The position numbers and the translations under genes were made by a program. 64,000 nt of DNA, taken from NCBI GenBank assembly GCA_964440095.1, contig CAYTPZ010000001.1, forward strand, positions 261,327 through 325,326. The letters run 5' to 3'. This document shows positions 28,357-38,216 of this stretch, in pieces; position 1 is the first letter of the stretch; the number at the start of each line of letters is the position of its first letter. The stretch is from an uncultured bacterium. GTDB taxonomy: Bacteria; Krumholzibacteriota; Krumholzibacteriia; JACNKJ01. Under the pieces are notes generated by a model. The model searched no databases. It had not been told where the DNA came from and was given only the letters and a program-made list of their open reading frames with translations.

Positions 28357-30134
28357 TTTCGGGTCATTTCAAAAAAGCCGGAGATGATGATGATTCCCGA
28401 CATGAGCAAAGCGCCGATGGCCACCCAACCGGGTACCTGAGTAGTATCGCCACCCGCGTAGGAGTGCAGGCCCACCAGGAAGTAGTTCACGCCGAAGTAG
28501 GTCATGATCACGGAACTGATGGCCGCGAAACTACCTGCGGCAAAGACCCATGGGCGATTCATGGATGGGATCCAGCGGAAGTGCACCACCACCGCATAAA
28601 CCAAGATGGTCACTAGGCTCCAGGTTTCCTTGGAGTCCCAGCCCCAATATCGTCCCCAGCTTTCATTGGCCCAGACGCCACCCAAAAGTGTGCCGATGCT
28701 GAGCAGACCCAAACCCGTAACGATGACGTTGAAGTGGAGGCGATTAAGGCCACTGACCGCGTCGTAGAGGGCAGGCCTGTTGGGACTTTTGAAAACGTGC
28801 AGGATCAACATGGTCAGCGCCAGCAAGGCGCCGAGACCGAGGAATCCGTAGCTGCTGGTGATAATGGTCACGTGGATGTTCAGCCAGTAGGAGGCCAAGA
28901 CCGGCACAAGGGGACCGATGGCCGGATCGAAGGTCGAGAGCATGGACACACCCAGAACCACAGCCGTCAGCAGTGAAGCCAGAGCCGCCGAAATGGCGCG
29001 TCGGTCCACCATTTCGAAAATGATCCCCGCGATGGCCACGGTGAGGCTGATGAAGATCAATGACTCATAGCCATTGCTTAGGGGCGCACGACCCGAGGCT
29101 ATCCACCTCATGATGAACGCATAGAGGTGATAGGCTGCCGCGCCCACGAATACCGCCATGCCGATGAGGTAGAGAGGATTTTTCAAGCTGAACGGCTTGC
29201 CGCCTCGCTTGATGAGGGCGAGGGCATAGGCGGGAATCAGGATTAGAAAACCCAGCAGATAAGGCAGGGTGACCTTCTGGAAGGGTTTCATGCGATTGAG
29301 CATCATCTCGGCCCTAAGCGCGGTCTCGCTGGGCAGGACATCGGCACCGTAGTTTTCCTGGGCCGCGGCGACGGCGTCGACGGCCGCCAGGAGTTTGGTA
29401 GTCTGTAATCCGCTGATGCCTGCGCTGAAGAGGTCGTAAGCCTCGTGATACTCCTTGCGCTGCTCCACGTTCAGGGCCGGGCTCACATCGTTGAAGCTGA
29501 GCCAGGTGTCCTTCTCATCGCCGGGCACAGGGAAGATGCGTAGGGTGCGACCCTGCATGCTCATCACCCAGAGATTGAAACGCTCGTCAAAGCTGAGCAG
29601 CTTGCGCTGGAATTTGCTGCGCTCGCGATCGGCGGTGCGCAGTGCGGTCTCGACTTCACCTCCGAAACGATAGCGACCGGATTCATCCAGTAGGCTGCGA
29701 ATACTCACGTGGGTCGTACTTTCGTCCACGCCGAGCATGTCCTTGATGCCTGGGTGCCGCACGGCGATGACCGGCTCTTCCAGCCACCAGGTACCATGAC
29801 TCATCCAGCTCATGTAGAGATCCAGGGGTTCCCAGCCTTGGAATTTGGAACGCTTGGTGACCTTCATCACCATTTCGCGGCTGAGCGTGTCCAGAGGCTT
29901 CATGCGTCCCTGATAATCCTGGATGATCAATTTGCCCAAACGTTCCCGGGCGACATCGCCCAAGCCGTTCTGAATTGCAGGACCACTTCCACTCATGTGT
30001 ACATGTTCTTCGGTGGGCGCTTCTTCCGAATCCGCCACTTCCCCTCTGTCCGGTAAGGCCAGAAGGTCAGCCCCCGGAAGCCCGCCGCCGAGAAGCATCG
30101 CCAGGATGAATAGTCTCGTAGCGAATTTAAGCAT
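28338..30134 (-). CDS. ccsA: cytochrome c-type biogenesis protein CcsA/ResC (system II heme handling), with long N-terminal periplasmic extension
   Basis: C-terminal WWD domain WGRYWGWDSKETWSL. 598 aa compared with about 300 for a typical CcsA. Confidence 0.8.
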   Translation of the reverse strand: MLKFATRLFILAMLLGGGLPGADLLALPDRGEVADSEEAPTEEHVHMSGSGPAIQNGLGDVARERLGKLIIQDYQGRMKPLDTLSREMVMKVTKRSKFQGWEPLDLYMSWMSHGTWWLEEPVIAVRHPGIKDMLGVDESTTHVSIRSLLDESGRYRFGGEVETALRTADRERSKFQRKLLSFDERFNLWVMSMQGRTLRIFPVPGDEKDTWLSFNDVSPALNVEQRKEYHEAYDLFSAGISGLQTTKLLAAVDAVAAAQENYGADVLPSETALRAEMMLNRMKPFQKVTLPYLLGFLILIPAYALALIKRGGKPFSLKNPLYLIGMAVFVGAAAYHLYAFIMRWIASGRAPLSNGYESLIFISLTVAIAGIIFEMVDRRAISAALASLLTAVVLGVSMLSTFDPAIGPLVPVLASYWLNIHVTIITSSYGFLGLGALLALTMLILHVFKSPNRPALYDAVSGLNRLHFNVIVTGLGLLSIGTLLGGVWANESWGRYWGWDSKETWSLVTILVYAVVVHFRWIPSMNRPWVFAAGSFAAISSVIMTYFGVNYFLVGLHSYAGGDTTQVPGWVAIGALLMSGIIIISGFFEMTRKWKATA

Positions 30135-31833
30135 TTTCAGCCTTTCGTTTCGGACGGCGCCAGATGATTTCCTTGAAGAAAACGAGAATGAAACCCAGCG
30201 AGATCATGGCGTAGCCCAGATAGGTCGGCCACTTGCCCGGGTCGTGATTTACCGAGAGAACCGTTCCTCCACGATCGGGATCGTAGCTGGACTGGAAGTG
30301 CTTGTTCCCGCGATGAGTCAGAGGATGATTCATGAAGATGCGCACGGGATCGCCGTCGATGCCGCGTTCTTCATCGTAGAGCTTTACGTGACTCTCATAG
30401 CTGGCCGGGTTCTCACTGCCGGGATAGGTGATCAGCAGGAAGTCGTCCAGATGGAGACTGTAATCGAGGGGAATGATCACCGGGCCGAAGCGCAAACTCA
30501 GCTGCCGGTCATCCAGTTGCATGGTTCGCGGGCGGGTTTCGCCGCGGGTCACGAGCATCTCGTCGGCCTGCCCGCTCGGCGCGGTCACTCGTAGCCGAAC
30601 GGCTGCAGGATTGCTCTGGTTTTCACTGAGCCCGGCCTTCCATGCCGCCGAAGGATAGAATTCCACGGGAACGATTCTGAATTCGCCAGACTGATAAAGC
30701 ACGCCCGTTTCAAACTCGAAGCGCTCGCCGGCGGAATAGACATGTTGCGCCTCCGTCGCAGCCATATCCATGAGACTCAAGTCGAAACTTGACCGGGCGT
30801 AGAGCTTGCCCTCTTCCACGGCGAAATCGATTCCTCGACTAAGGCTATAGCTCATGTCTAAATCGGCGAAGGGGTCATCGTCGCCGCCGTGTCCCATGCT
30901 GAAATCGGGGAAGAGTGCGAAGAGAATGCGTTCGCCGGTTTCGCCACCTGGACCTTCGATCTCAACGCGAATCATGGGATTGGCCATCTCCGCCTCGCGG
31001 GGGTTTCCACCGCGCGCCGCGTAGTCGGGGAGAAACTCGGTAATGGTGAACTGATACCCCGAGGCGGCCACGCTTCGCGGCAGATCGAAATTCACATCCA
31101 GGGCGCCGCTCTGACCCGCGATATTGACATTGAGGGCACCATAGGGGCTGCTGGGCACAACAGCCGGCAGTCCGTCAGCATGAAAACCGAGGGTCACGGC
31201 CGCGAGTTGCAGACGATGATCTTCGAAAAGAGTGCGCCGCTCCATGCCTGCCGCCCCTACCGTGGCGAATGTCAGAGCCGGTTGCCCATCATCTGAGGCT
31301 GCGAGCAGCTCTTCGAAGTGAGGCCAATACCCAGTTATTTCGACCTTGTAATTCAGGCCACCCACACTCAACTTCTTTTTCAAATCGTTCTCGCCGGGCT
31401 TGTAGAGCCAAACCGGCCAGTGGCTTTCATCATCACCGTGACCAAGCTGTACATAATCGCGGCTGGACAGGATGTAGTCGGTGGAAGCACCTTCGCGAAT
31501 GGGCATCATTCCTTCGTAACCGAAGAAGCGTGTGACGCCCGCACTGATCAGAATGATGATCACCGAAACGTGGATCATGACAAAGCCGGTCTGGGATTTG
31601 CGGTATGGCATGCGCATGAAGAAACTCGCGATGAGATTGATCACAAATAGCCCAAGCACCAGTTCGAACCATCGGGCTCCGTAAACCAGGGCACGCGCCG
31701 CTGGAGTGCCGTAGCGGGATTCGATGAAAGTCGCCATCGCAATGGCGAAGGCGAAGATGAGAAAGAGGATGAGGGCCAACTTGACCGAGGCAAGAAATCT
31801 CAGTATGGGGTTCCTCTTGAACGGATTACTCAC
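30127..31833 (-). CDS. ccsB: cytochrome c biogenesis protein CcsB/ResB
   Basis: ResB-like N-terminus with a TM pair flanking a large periplasmic domain. Directly upstream of ccsA with an 8-nt overlap. Confidence 0.8.
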   Translation of the reverse strand: MSNPFKRNPILRFLASVKLALILFLIFAFAIAMATFIESRYGTPAARALVYGARWFELVLGLFVINLIASFFMRMPYRKSQTGFVMIHVSVIIILISAGVTRFFGYEGMMPIREGASTDYILSSRDYVQLGHGDDESHWPVWLYKPGENDLKKKLSVGGLNYKVEITGYWPHFEELLAASDDGQPALTFATVGAAGMERRTLFEDHRLQLAAVTLGFHADGLPAVVPSSPYGALNVNIAGQSGALDVNFDLPRSVAASGYQFTITEFLPDYAARGGNPREAEMANPMIRVEIEGPGGETGERILFALFPDFSMGHGGDDDPFADLDMSYSLSRGIDFAVEEGKLYARSSFDLSLMDMAATEAQHVYSAGERFEFETGVLYQSGEFRIVPVEFYPSAAWKAGLSENQSNPAAVRLRVTAPSGQADEMLVTRGETRPRTMQLDDRQLSLRFGPVIIPLDYSLHLDDFLLITYPGSENPASYESHVKLYDEERGIDGDPVRIFMNHPLTHRGNKHFQSSYDPDRGGTVLSVNHDPGKWPTYLGYAMISLGFILVFFKEIIWRRPKRKAENA

Positions 31834-31944
31834 GGTTCCCGCTTTCGTTGGGTTCTCGTAGTCCTTTGACTCGACAACACGTGGCCGGAAGAATCACAGA
31901 CGTATAAATATACACAGCATTCGGACCTTATCAACAATGGAGAA

Positions 31945-32604
31945 TTGACTGTGACATCCCGCAGACAAATCGGATCTGGAAAGGCGCAAATCCTTCGCTT
32001 GCCTGGGACTTTGGGTATGCTGCGCTTGGAGCGGCCCGGCAGCGCCGAAAACCTGCTCGATGCCATGGATGACTCCCATCCGGATGCTGAAAGCCTGATT
32101 CCCTACTGGGCCGACCGCTGGCCCAGCACCGAAGGACTTCTGCGTTATCTACTTCGAATTCCCTGTCCCCGCGGGCCTTCCCTGGAGATTGGTGCAGGAC
32201 TTGGAATTTCGGGTATGGGCGCACTACGTCGGGGTTGGGACCTTCAGATTAGCGACTTTCATCCCGAATCTTTGCCTTGGCTCAAGCGAAACTTGATCAA
32301 CAACGGTCATTCTGCCCAGCGGGCCATGCATTTGGATTGGCGGGAAGCTCCGCCGCGAAAGTGGAAAAACATCCTGGCTAGCGACGTGCTCTATGAAAGA
32401 GTTTTCGCTCCGCAAATCGCGGATTTTCTGGATGCGGCATTGGACAAAGGTGGCCGCGCTATCATTGCCGAACCGGGTCGCCCGGTGGCGGACGAGGGCA
32501 TCGCTCTGCTGGCCTCGCGCTTCAATCTGCGTCTGCGGTCCACACGCTCACGGGCGGAGGGACGTTGGTGGCCGATTCGAGTGTTGGAGATCAGGAAGAG
32601 CTAG
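31945..32604 (+). CDS. class I SAM-dependent methyltransferase (Methyltransf_16 / protein-lysine methyltransferase-like)
   Basis: Motif I LEIGAGLGISGMG and post-I DVLYE. Start codon uncertain (TTG in track). Confidence 0.65.
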   Translation: MTVTSRRQIGSGKAQILRLPGTLGMLRLERPGSAENLLDAMDDSHPDAESLIPYWADRWPSTEGLLRYLLRIPCPRGPSLEIGAGLGISGMGALRRGWDLQISDFHPESLPWLKRNLINNGHSAQRAMHLDWREAPPRKWKNILASDVLYERVFAPQIADFLDAALDKGGRAIIAEPGRPVADEGIALLASRFNLRLRSTRSRAEGRWWPIRVLEIRKS

Positions 32605-32664
32605 GGATTAGGGCGAAGCTCATTCGCTTCCCCCATCAGCGATTCGATCAGTTTTATCCAGGGC

Positions 32665-32694
32665 TTGATATTCGAATAGCTCGTTCCGTATAGT
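32665..32694 (+). promoter_or_regulatory. sigma70-like promoter (TTGATA-18-TATAGT) for the orphan 130-aa gene
   Basis: -35 at 32665..32670 and -10 at 32689..32694. AGGGAG SD at 32704..32709. Confidence 0.45.
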
Positions 32695-32717
32695 CAGTTT
32701 CAAAGGGAGAACATTCG

Positions 32718-33110
32718 ATGCTTGAACCTGGACAGTTCGAATTCAACGAGGCGTGGCTCGTCTTCCAGTTGAACGAGGCTCCTGTCTCCACGGAAGCCGA
32801 CGGTGATTTCAACGTCGTGTGCCTCATGGAGGCTGTAAGTCTCTACATTCTCGGATTCGAGTTCGTCCCGACTCAGGAACCCGTCTCTGACCAGGTCGCA
32901 ATTGGCCTCCTTGAGACAGGAATGTTTAAGGGAAGGACCCTTCCTCAACAGCTCCTGGTTTCATCCGGCCTGGATTTCAATTCGTTCAAGGTACATGCGA
33001 AGCGTCTGGGAATCGAGTTTGTGCTCAAATCCGAGGAAAATCTTCTCCCGTTCACCTCGGAGGCGAAAGAGGGATTCAAGGCTCACGCTGGCGGCGATGG
33101 TGTGCCATGA
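32718..33110 (+). CDS. hypothetical acidic protein (orphan), lower GC than surroundings
   Basis: 130-aa ORF with its own promoter and SD. GC about 52% against roughly 60% in the flanks. No recognisable motif. Confidence 0.5.
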   Translation: MLEPGQFEFNEAWLVFQLNEAPVSTEADGDFNVVCLMEAVSLYILGFEFVPTQEPVSDQVAIGLLETGMFKGRTLPQQLLVSSGLDFNSFKVHAKRLGIEFVLKSEENLLPFTSEAKEGFKAHAGGDGVP

Positions 33111-33132
33111 GCCCACTTGGCAGAAATCGGCC

Positions 33133-33969
33133 TCAGGATCCCGGAAAGAAATCCTCTGCCGCCTCGTCGAAGAGCGGATCCAGTTCGAGGGCTTCCAGCA
33201 TCCAGTCGTGGATGATTCCATTGCTGGCCACGATGCTGAGCCCGGCCAGGGCATCCGGTCGTCCGGCAAGGTCGCTCACTCGGCCTCCCGCCGCGCGTAC
33301 CAGGTAAATGCCCGCGGCCACATCCCAGGCATTGAGACCCATTTCCCAGAAGCCATCGAGGCGACCGGCGGCGGTGAAGGCCAGATCCAGGGCGGCGCTG
33401 CCTGCCCTTCGAACCCCACGAGTGGCATGAAGCATGAAATCCAGGTTGCGCAGATTCACGCTGGCGTGGGTGCGGCGGGAATCGGCGAATCCCGTGGCCA
33501 TAAGAGCATGGTTGGTGTTGTTGCGCTCGCTCACCGACATGGGAGTTTCATCCAGATGGGCGCCGAAGCCTTCATAGCCATGAAAGGTCTCACCCAGGCG
33601 CGGCGCATGAATAACCCCCAGTATGGGGCGCCGCCCGCGCACAAGGGCTACGGATATGGCGAAAAAGGGATGCCCGTAACCGAAGTTTGTGGTGCCGTCC
33701 AGGGGATCGATGATCCAGAGCAGATCAGCTTCCCCCGAGCGGCGAAGGCCCTCCTCCCCCAGCATGCCTGCTCTGGGCAGCAGGCCGCCTAAGAGATCGG
33801 CCAGACGCGCCTCGCTTTCCCGATCCACCCAGGAGACCAGATCGCGCGTGCCCTTTTCGTCCATGGATTCGGGATCCACCCGCCCGAAATGCTCAAGCTG
33901 GAAACGCCCCAGATCCTGCACGCCGGCCAAGAGGCGAAGGTGGAGCTTCGGGTTCCAGATTCCATCCAT
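33133..33969 (-). CDS. inositol monophosphatase family protein (SuhB-like)
   Basis: Motifs WIIDPLDGTTNF and the downstream WDVAAG region. 278 aa. Confidence 0.85.
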   Translation of the reverse strand: MDGIWNPKLHLRLLAGVQDLGRFQLEHFGRVDPESMDEKGTRDLVSWVDRESEARLADLLGGLLPRAGMLGEEGLRRSGEADLLWIIDPLDGTTNFGYGHPFFAISVALVRGRRPILGVIHAPRLGETFHGYEGFGAHLDETPMSVSERNNTNHALMATGFADSRRTHASVNLRNLDFMLHATRGVRRAGSAALDLAFTAAGRLDGFWEMGLNAWDVAAGIYLVRAAGGRVSDLAGRPDALAGLSIVASNGIIHDWMLEALELDPLFDEAAEDFFPGS

Positions 33970-34054
33970 GCGATCGCTCCTTGCGGTGAACGGGTGATTC
34001 TATCTAAGTTCGTGGATCAAGATAGCACAGGCACCGGCAAAAGGAAGAAGGACC

Positions 34055-34906
34055 ATGTCTCTTCGAATCGGCAGTATCAACGATGGACAACTTTTCCTGG
34101 ACGGCGGCGCCATGTTCGGAGTTATACCCAAGGTGCTATGGGAACGGAAGAACCCGGCGGATGCGCGCAATCGAATTGAACTGGGACTGCACTGCATGCT
34201 CATCGAAGGCGAGGGCATCCGCGCCATCGTGGACACGGGCGTGGGCGAAAAGGGCGGCGAGGAATTCGCCGACATCTACGGTCTGGAGGCCAGCGGACAA
34301 TTGCGACGCACTCTGGCTCATCGCGGCATCAGGCCGGAAGACATCAGCCACGTGATCAACACCCACCTGCACTTCGATCACTGCGGCGGCAACACGACTT
34401 TGAATAATAAAGGCGAAGCGGTTCCCGCCTTTCCTTCCGCGCGCTACATCGCGCAGAAAGGCGAATGGGAAGAGGCACTGAGCCCGGGCGATCGCAGCCT
34501 CGCAAGCTACATGGGACATGACTTCCTACCCATCGAGGCAGCCGGGCAATTGGACCTGGTTGAAGGTGAAGTGGAAGTGCTGCCGGGCATCACACTCATT
34601 CCCACTCCGGGACACACGCGACATCATCAGTCCATCCTGGTGGAAACCGATGAAGGACCCGTCTTTCATCCGGGTGATCTCATTCCTACCAGCAGCCACC
34701 TGTCCCTGCCCTGGGTGATGAGCTACGACCTTCATCCTGTGGAAACGGTGGAAACCAAACGGGTGATTTTGGCCCGTGCGCGGAAAGAGGGATGGAAGTT
34801 TTACTTCCAACACGAGCCGGGCGAGCATCCCTATGGTGAGATGGAATGGGTGGCCACAAAAAAAGGGGAGAAGCCGGTGTTTCGGCCCCTCCCCTTCTCA
34901 GATTGA
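34055..34906 (+). CDS. MBL-fold metallo-hydrolase
   Basis: HLHFDHCGG metal-binding motif. 283 aa. Confidence 0.8.
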   Translation: MSLRIGSINDGQLFLDGGAMFGVIPKVLWERKNPADARNRIELGLHCMLIEGEGIRAIVDTGVGEKGGEEFADIYGLEASGQLRRTLAHRGIRPEDISHVINTHLHFDHCGGNTTLNNKGEAVPAFPSARYIAQKGEWEEALSPGDRSLASYMGHDFLPIEAAGQLDLVEGEVEVLPGITLIPTPGHTRHHQSILVETDEGPVFHPGDLIPTSSHLSLPWVMSYDLHPVETVETKRVILARARKEGWKFYFQHEPGEHPYGEMEWVATKKGEKPVFRPLPFSD

Positions 34907-34912
34907 TTCGCC

Positions 34913-35986
34913 CTACATTTCGCCGAAGAAATTGGGCCGCAGACATTCGAGCTTCTCGGCCACTTGATCCGGATACAGATGCCAGAGAGCTGCAGAAACG
35001 CTGGACAGCAGACTGTTGCCGTCCTGGGGCGTGAAGCAGTAGCCGGTCACTTCCTTGCCGTCCTCGCTCACGTGCAGGGAGGGCATGGCGAACACAGTCT
35101 GATTGAGAATGCGTCCGTAGACGCCGTGATCGCGGCCGAAGGAAAACACAACACCCGAGCTTTTCTGGTTGGTCCGCGCAAGGCGGTCGTTCCCGCGAAT
35201 CTGCTCGACGATGGTTTCCTTGTCCGTGGGGCTGTTCAATTTCAAACTGAACTGAATGATGTGCATGTACTGAGAGTTCACCTTCATGGCGCTTGAGAAA
35301 ACGTTTAGATCGAGGCCCTTGGTGCCATAGAGATGGTAGACGTCCCGTGCATGGTGAGTGCCGAACTTGGCATCGCCGTGAGAGCCCACTTCAGGTGCCG
35401 GAATGAATTTACTCGACTGGGTGATGTCGTTGGCGCGGCGGATGCAAACGAAGCGACCTTCTGCGAGGTTGCCGTCGCCATGCGGCTTGAGTGCGATATT
35501 CTCGATGATCACCGCAATGTTATGAGTGTTGCAACTCACGATCTGCAAAAACTGATCTTCTCCGCGCACCAGCACTTCATCGTTGATGCCACGGGCATAG
35601 GGCTTGCCGAATCCAAACTCGCTTCCCTGGGCCAGGAAGAGCCGGCTGCCGTCGGCGTACTTGTTGTAGAGCTTTTCCTTTTCCTCATTACCGGCGGGCG
35701 TGCAGTCGATAACGACCGAGGCCTGCTCGATGGCCTGCTCGGTTTCGTAGTCGGCGTAAAGGTCCATGGCTTCGAAGCCCTCGCGCGCATCGTCATTCAC
35801 GCACAATTTGGCGCCGCGACTAACCAGATCCTTGATCTTGGGTTGATCCAAAGGTGTGGGAGTGCGCTTATGAAAAGTGACCTCGTCGATGCCGAGATCA
35901 AGCTTATTTGCCACCAGCAATCCGGTGAGAGGCTCACCGATGGTTCCCGTTCCAACCACATGTACGATGCGCTTCATGGAACTCAC
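34913..35986 (-). CDS. type II (archaeal-type) glyceraldehyde-3-phosphate dehydrogenase family homologue
   Basis: Catalytic region IVSCNTHNIA (compare archaeal VVSCNTTGL). N-terminal Rossmann VVGTGTIGEPL. VVIDCTPAGNEEK and MHIIQFSLKL parallel archaeal GAPDH blocks. 357 aa. Confidence 0.6.
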   Translation of the reverse strand: MSSMKRIVHVVGTGTIGEPLTGLLVANKLDLGIDEVTFHKRTPTPLDQPKIKDLVSRGAKLCVNDDAREGFEAMDLYADYETEQAIEQASVVIDCTPAGNEEKEKLYNKYADGSRLFLAQGSEFGFGKPYARGINDEVLVRGEDQFLQIVSCNTHNIAVIIENIALKPHGDGNLAEGRFVCIRRANDITQSSKFIPAPEVGSHGDAKFGTHHARDVYHLYGTKGLDLNVFSSAMKVNSQYMHIIQFSLKLNSPTDKETIVEQIRGNDRLARTNQKSSGVVFSFGRDHGVYGRILNQTVFAMPSLHVSEDGKEVTGYCFTPQDGNSLLSSVSAALWHLYPDQVAEKLECLRPNFFGEM

Positions 35987-36107
35987 GTCCTTTTTTGCGA
36001 ACGTCCCACCAGCGATCAGCCAGCAGAGCTGGAATAGCGGACCGCCAAATCGGATCGTCCGTTATAAAGAATCTCCGGATCGGAAAGCAAGCCGACCCGG
36101 AGTGCTA

Positions 36108-36989
36108 CTACTTCTTCTCCAATGTCTGACCCGCAGGACCGATGCCGGGCTCTCCCGATCCGGCCTTGGGATTGTTGGTCGTTTCCTCACCCACGGTACC
36201 GAACTTCCGAATTTTCCGGCCGCCCTTGTACACGGTTTCGTTGAGCACTTCCTTCAGCAGCTGCGAATTGGAGGCAGCCTGCTGGGCCACGGGGGTGCTG
36301 GGATCGATCTCTACAACGAGATCCCACTCCACCACCGCTTCGCGATAGATCTGCGCTTCGGCGAAAGCAACGCCCAGATTGTAGTGGGCATCCTGATTCA
36401 TGGGATCAATTTCCAGGCCGCGACGATAGGCATCGATGGCACCGTTGCTGTCGCCCTTGTTGTACAGACTCCCGCCCAGATTCACCAGTGTCGCCACATG
36501 GTCGGGCTTCACTTCGAGAGCGCGCCGATACCAGAACACGGCCTGTTCGTAATCTTCCTTCTCGTCGTAGAGGGCTCCCACGCTGCCGATGGCGGGCAGG
36601 TGATCAGGCATCTTCAAGGCAGCGTTCTCAAAGGCGAAGAGAGCGCTGTCCATATAGGTTGAGCCGCCCTTGCCATGGGAATAGTCGAAGTAGGCGTCTC
36701 CCAGAAGCTTTGAAAGCAGTCCGTTGTCGGGATCCTTGCGGAGCTTGGCCTTGACGACTTCGATGCGATCGAGTTGATCGAAATCGTCCATGCTCTCCCA
36801 GAGCGCTTCGGACCAGAGGCTCTCAAGTCGCTCGTCGCCGGAATAGCGCTCCATGAGTTTTTCGTAGCTGGCCAAACGTTGTTTCGCTGGCTTTTCGGCG
36901 AGCTTATCCAGACGAGACTGGGGAACATCCATGGCCATGGCGACCAGGGGTAGAATTAGGATCAGCAAGATGGCAATGCGTTTCATCAT
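36108..36989 (-). CDS. tetratricopeptide-repeat protein with signal peptide
   Basis: Signal peptide MMKRIAILLILILPLVAMA followed by several TPR-like Y/A/G-patterned repeats. Confidence 0.7.
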   Translation of the reverse strand: MMKRIAILLILILPLVAMAMDVPQSRLDKLAEKPAKQRLASYEKLMERYSGDERLESLWSEALWESMDDFDQLDRIEVVKAKLRKDPDNGLLSKLLGDAYFDYSHGKGGSTYMDSALFAFENAALKMPDHLPAIGSVGALYDEKEDYEQAVFWYRRALEVKPDHVATLVNLGGSLYNKGDSNGAIDAYRRGLEIDPMNQDAHYNLGVAFAEAQIYREAVVEWDLVVEIDPSTPVAQQAASNSQLLKEVLNETVYKGGRKIRKFGTVGEETTNNPKAGSGEPGIGPAGQTLEKK

Positions 36990-36998
36990 GACTCCTCA

Positions 36999-38216
36999 TC
37001 AATAGGGAAGCGTGCGGCGCTTCCACTTTTCCGAAGTACGTAGGCTGAGGGCCAGGCCCCAGCGAGTTTCCGAAGCTGCTCCACCGGCATCCAGGTTCTG
37101 CATGAAGACTGCGAGATCCACCGACCCCTTGCCCTCCTGAACCGTGAATCCGGTGCCGAAACTGTAAAGTGTTTCCCTCACGATTCCCCCGACCACCGGT
37201 TCTTCGCCGGGGAATCTTCCGTAGCGGAATCCCACCCGGAAGGGTATGCGGCGCTCGGGCCTGAGACCTTTGCGCGGGCGGATCCATTTCCATTCGTATC
37301 CCGCCGAGAAGCGATCCACATCGTAGAGCGCTTCGCTTTCGATGGGCGATTCGTATTCGCTCCAGGATAGATGTTCCCATCCGATCGAAATCGTATTGCG
37401 CGGGCCCGGCGACCAACTGAGTCCTGCGGACCACGATGCCGGATAGCTACCTCTCAGGTTGCTTTCATCCACATGGGTCTGCCCCGCGATCTGCACGGCG
37501 CTCAGGCCGCTTAGATTCGCGCCGCTGCGATACAGCAGGGATAGATCAACGCCTTTGCCCAGCCGGGCCTGTATGCCCAGATCGACTGCCGTACCATGCC
37601 AATCGGCCTCCCGCTTCACCTTTCGGTCGAAGACCTCGGAGGAATCGGGGAAGCTGTAGCTCCACTCCTGGAAGAGATTAGCACGCAGCAAGGAAAGAGC
37701 AAAACCTACGCGAAGGCGATCCTTACGCTGCCAGGCCACGCTGATGGGGAAGGTGCTCACGCCCCCCTCTTGCCTGAGGTTCAGCTCGTAGTCGCCTTCC
37801 CAATCGGATGATTCGTCCAGATATTCATCCATTTGCCGATCGAGAGTATAGCTGCCTCGACTTCGAAGCAAGGATCGGTAACCCAGACCCAAGCGCCATC
37901 CTGCAGGCAGAGCCAGAGTGAACTGGAATGCGGGAAAGTCCTGGCGGTTTTCGGTCCAGATTCCGCCGACAGTGTCGCGGCGGGACTGACGGAATTGCAA
38001 CACGGTGGAAAAGGTCACACCGTCCAGGCCGGCCAGCAGCGCTGGATTGGAGGGCAGACCGCTCTGGGTGTCCCAGCGCGCTTCACCCGAACCGCCGAGG
38101 GCAAGGTTGACCGCGTCCATGGTCAATAGCGGTTCGCCGGGCTGTGACAATTCCAGAGGGCTTTCCCCCACGACCAGCGCAGGTATGAGCAGCAGGAAGA
38201 TCCAAACTCTATTCAA
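36999..38216 (-). CDS. putative outer-membrane beta-barrel protein
   Basis: TTG start at 38216 with AGGAGG 7 nt upstream. Signal-like NRVWIFLLLIPALVVG. Alternating amphipathic strands. C-terminal aromatic residue (..TLPY). Confidence 0.5.
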   Translation of the reverse strand: MNRVWIFLLLIPALVVGESPLELSQPGEPLLTMDAVNLALGGSGEARWDTQSGLPSNPALLAGLDGVTFSTVLQFRQSRRDTVGGIWTENRQDFPAFQFTLALPAGWRLGLGYRSLLRSRGSYTLDRQMDEYLDESSDWEGDYELNLRQEGGVSTFPISVAWQRKDRLRVGFALSLLRANLFQEWSYSFPDSSEVFDRKVKREADWHGTAVDLGIQARLGKGVDLSLLYRSGANLSGLSAVQIAGQTHVDESNLRGSYPASWSAGLSWSPGPRNTISIGWEHLSWSEYESPIESEALYDVDRFSAGYEWKWIRPRKGLRPERRIPFRVGFRYGRFPGEEPVVGGIVRETLYSFGTGFTVQEGKGSVDLAVFMQNLDAGGAASETRWGLALSLRTSEKWKRRTLPY

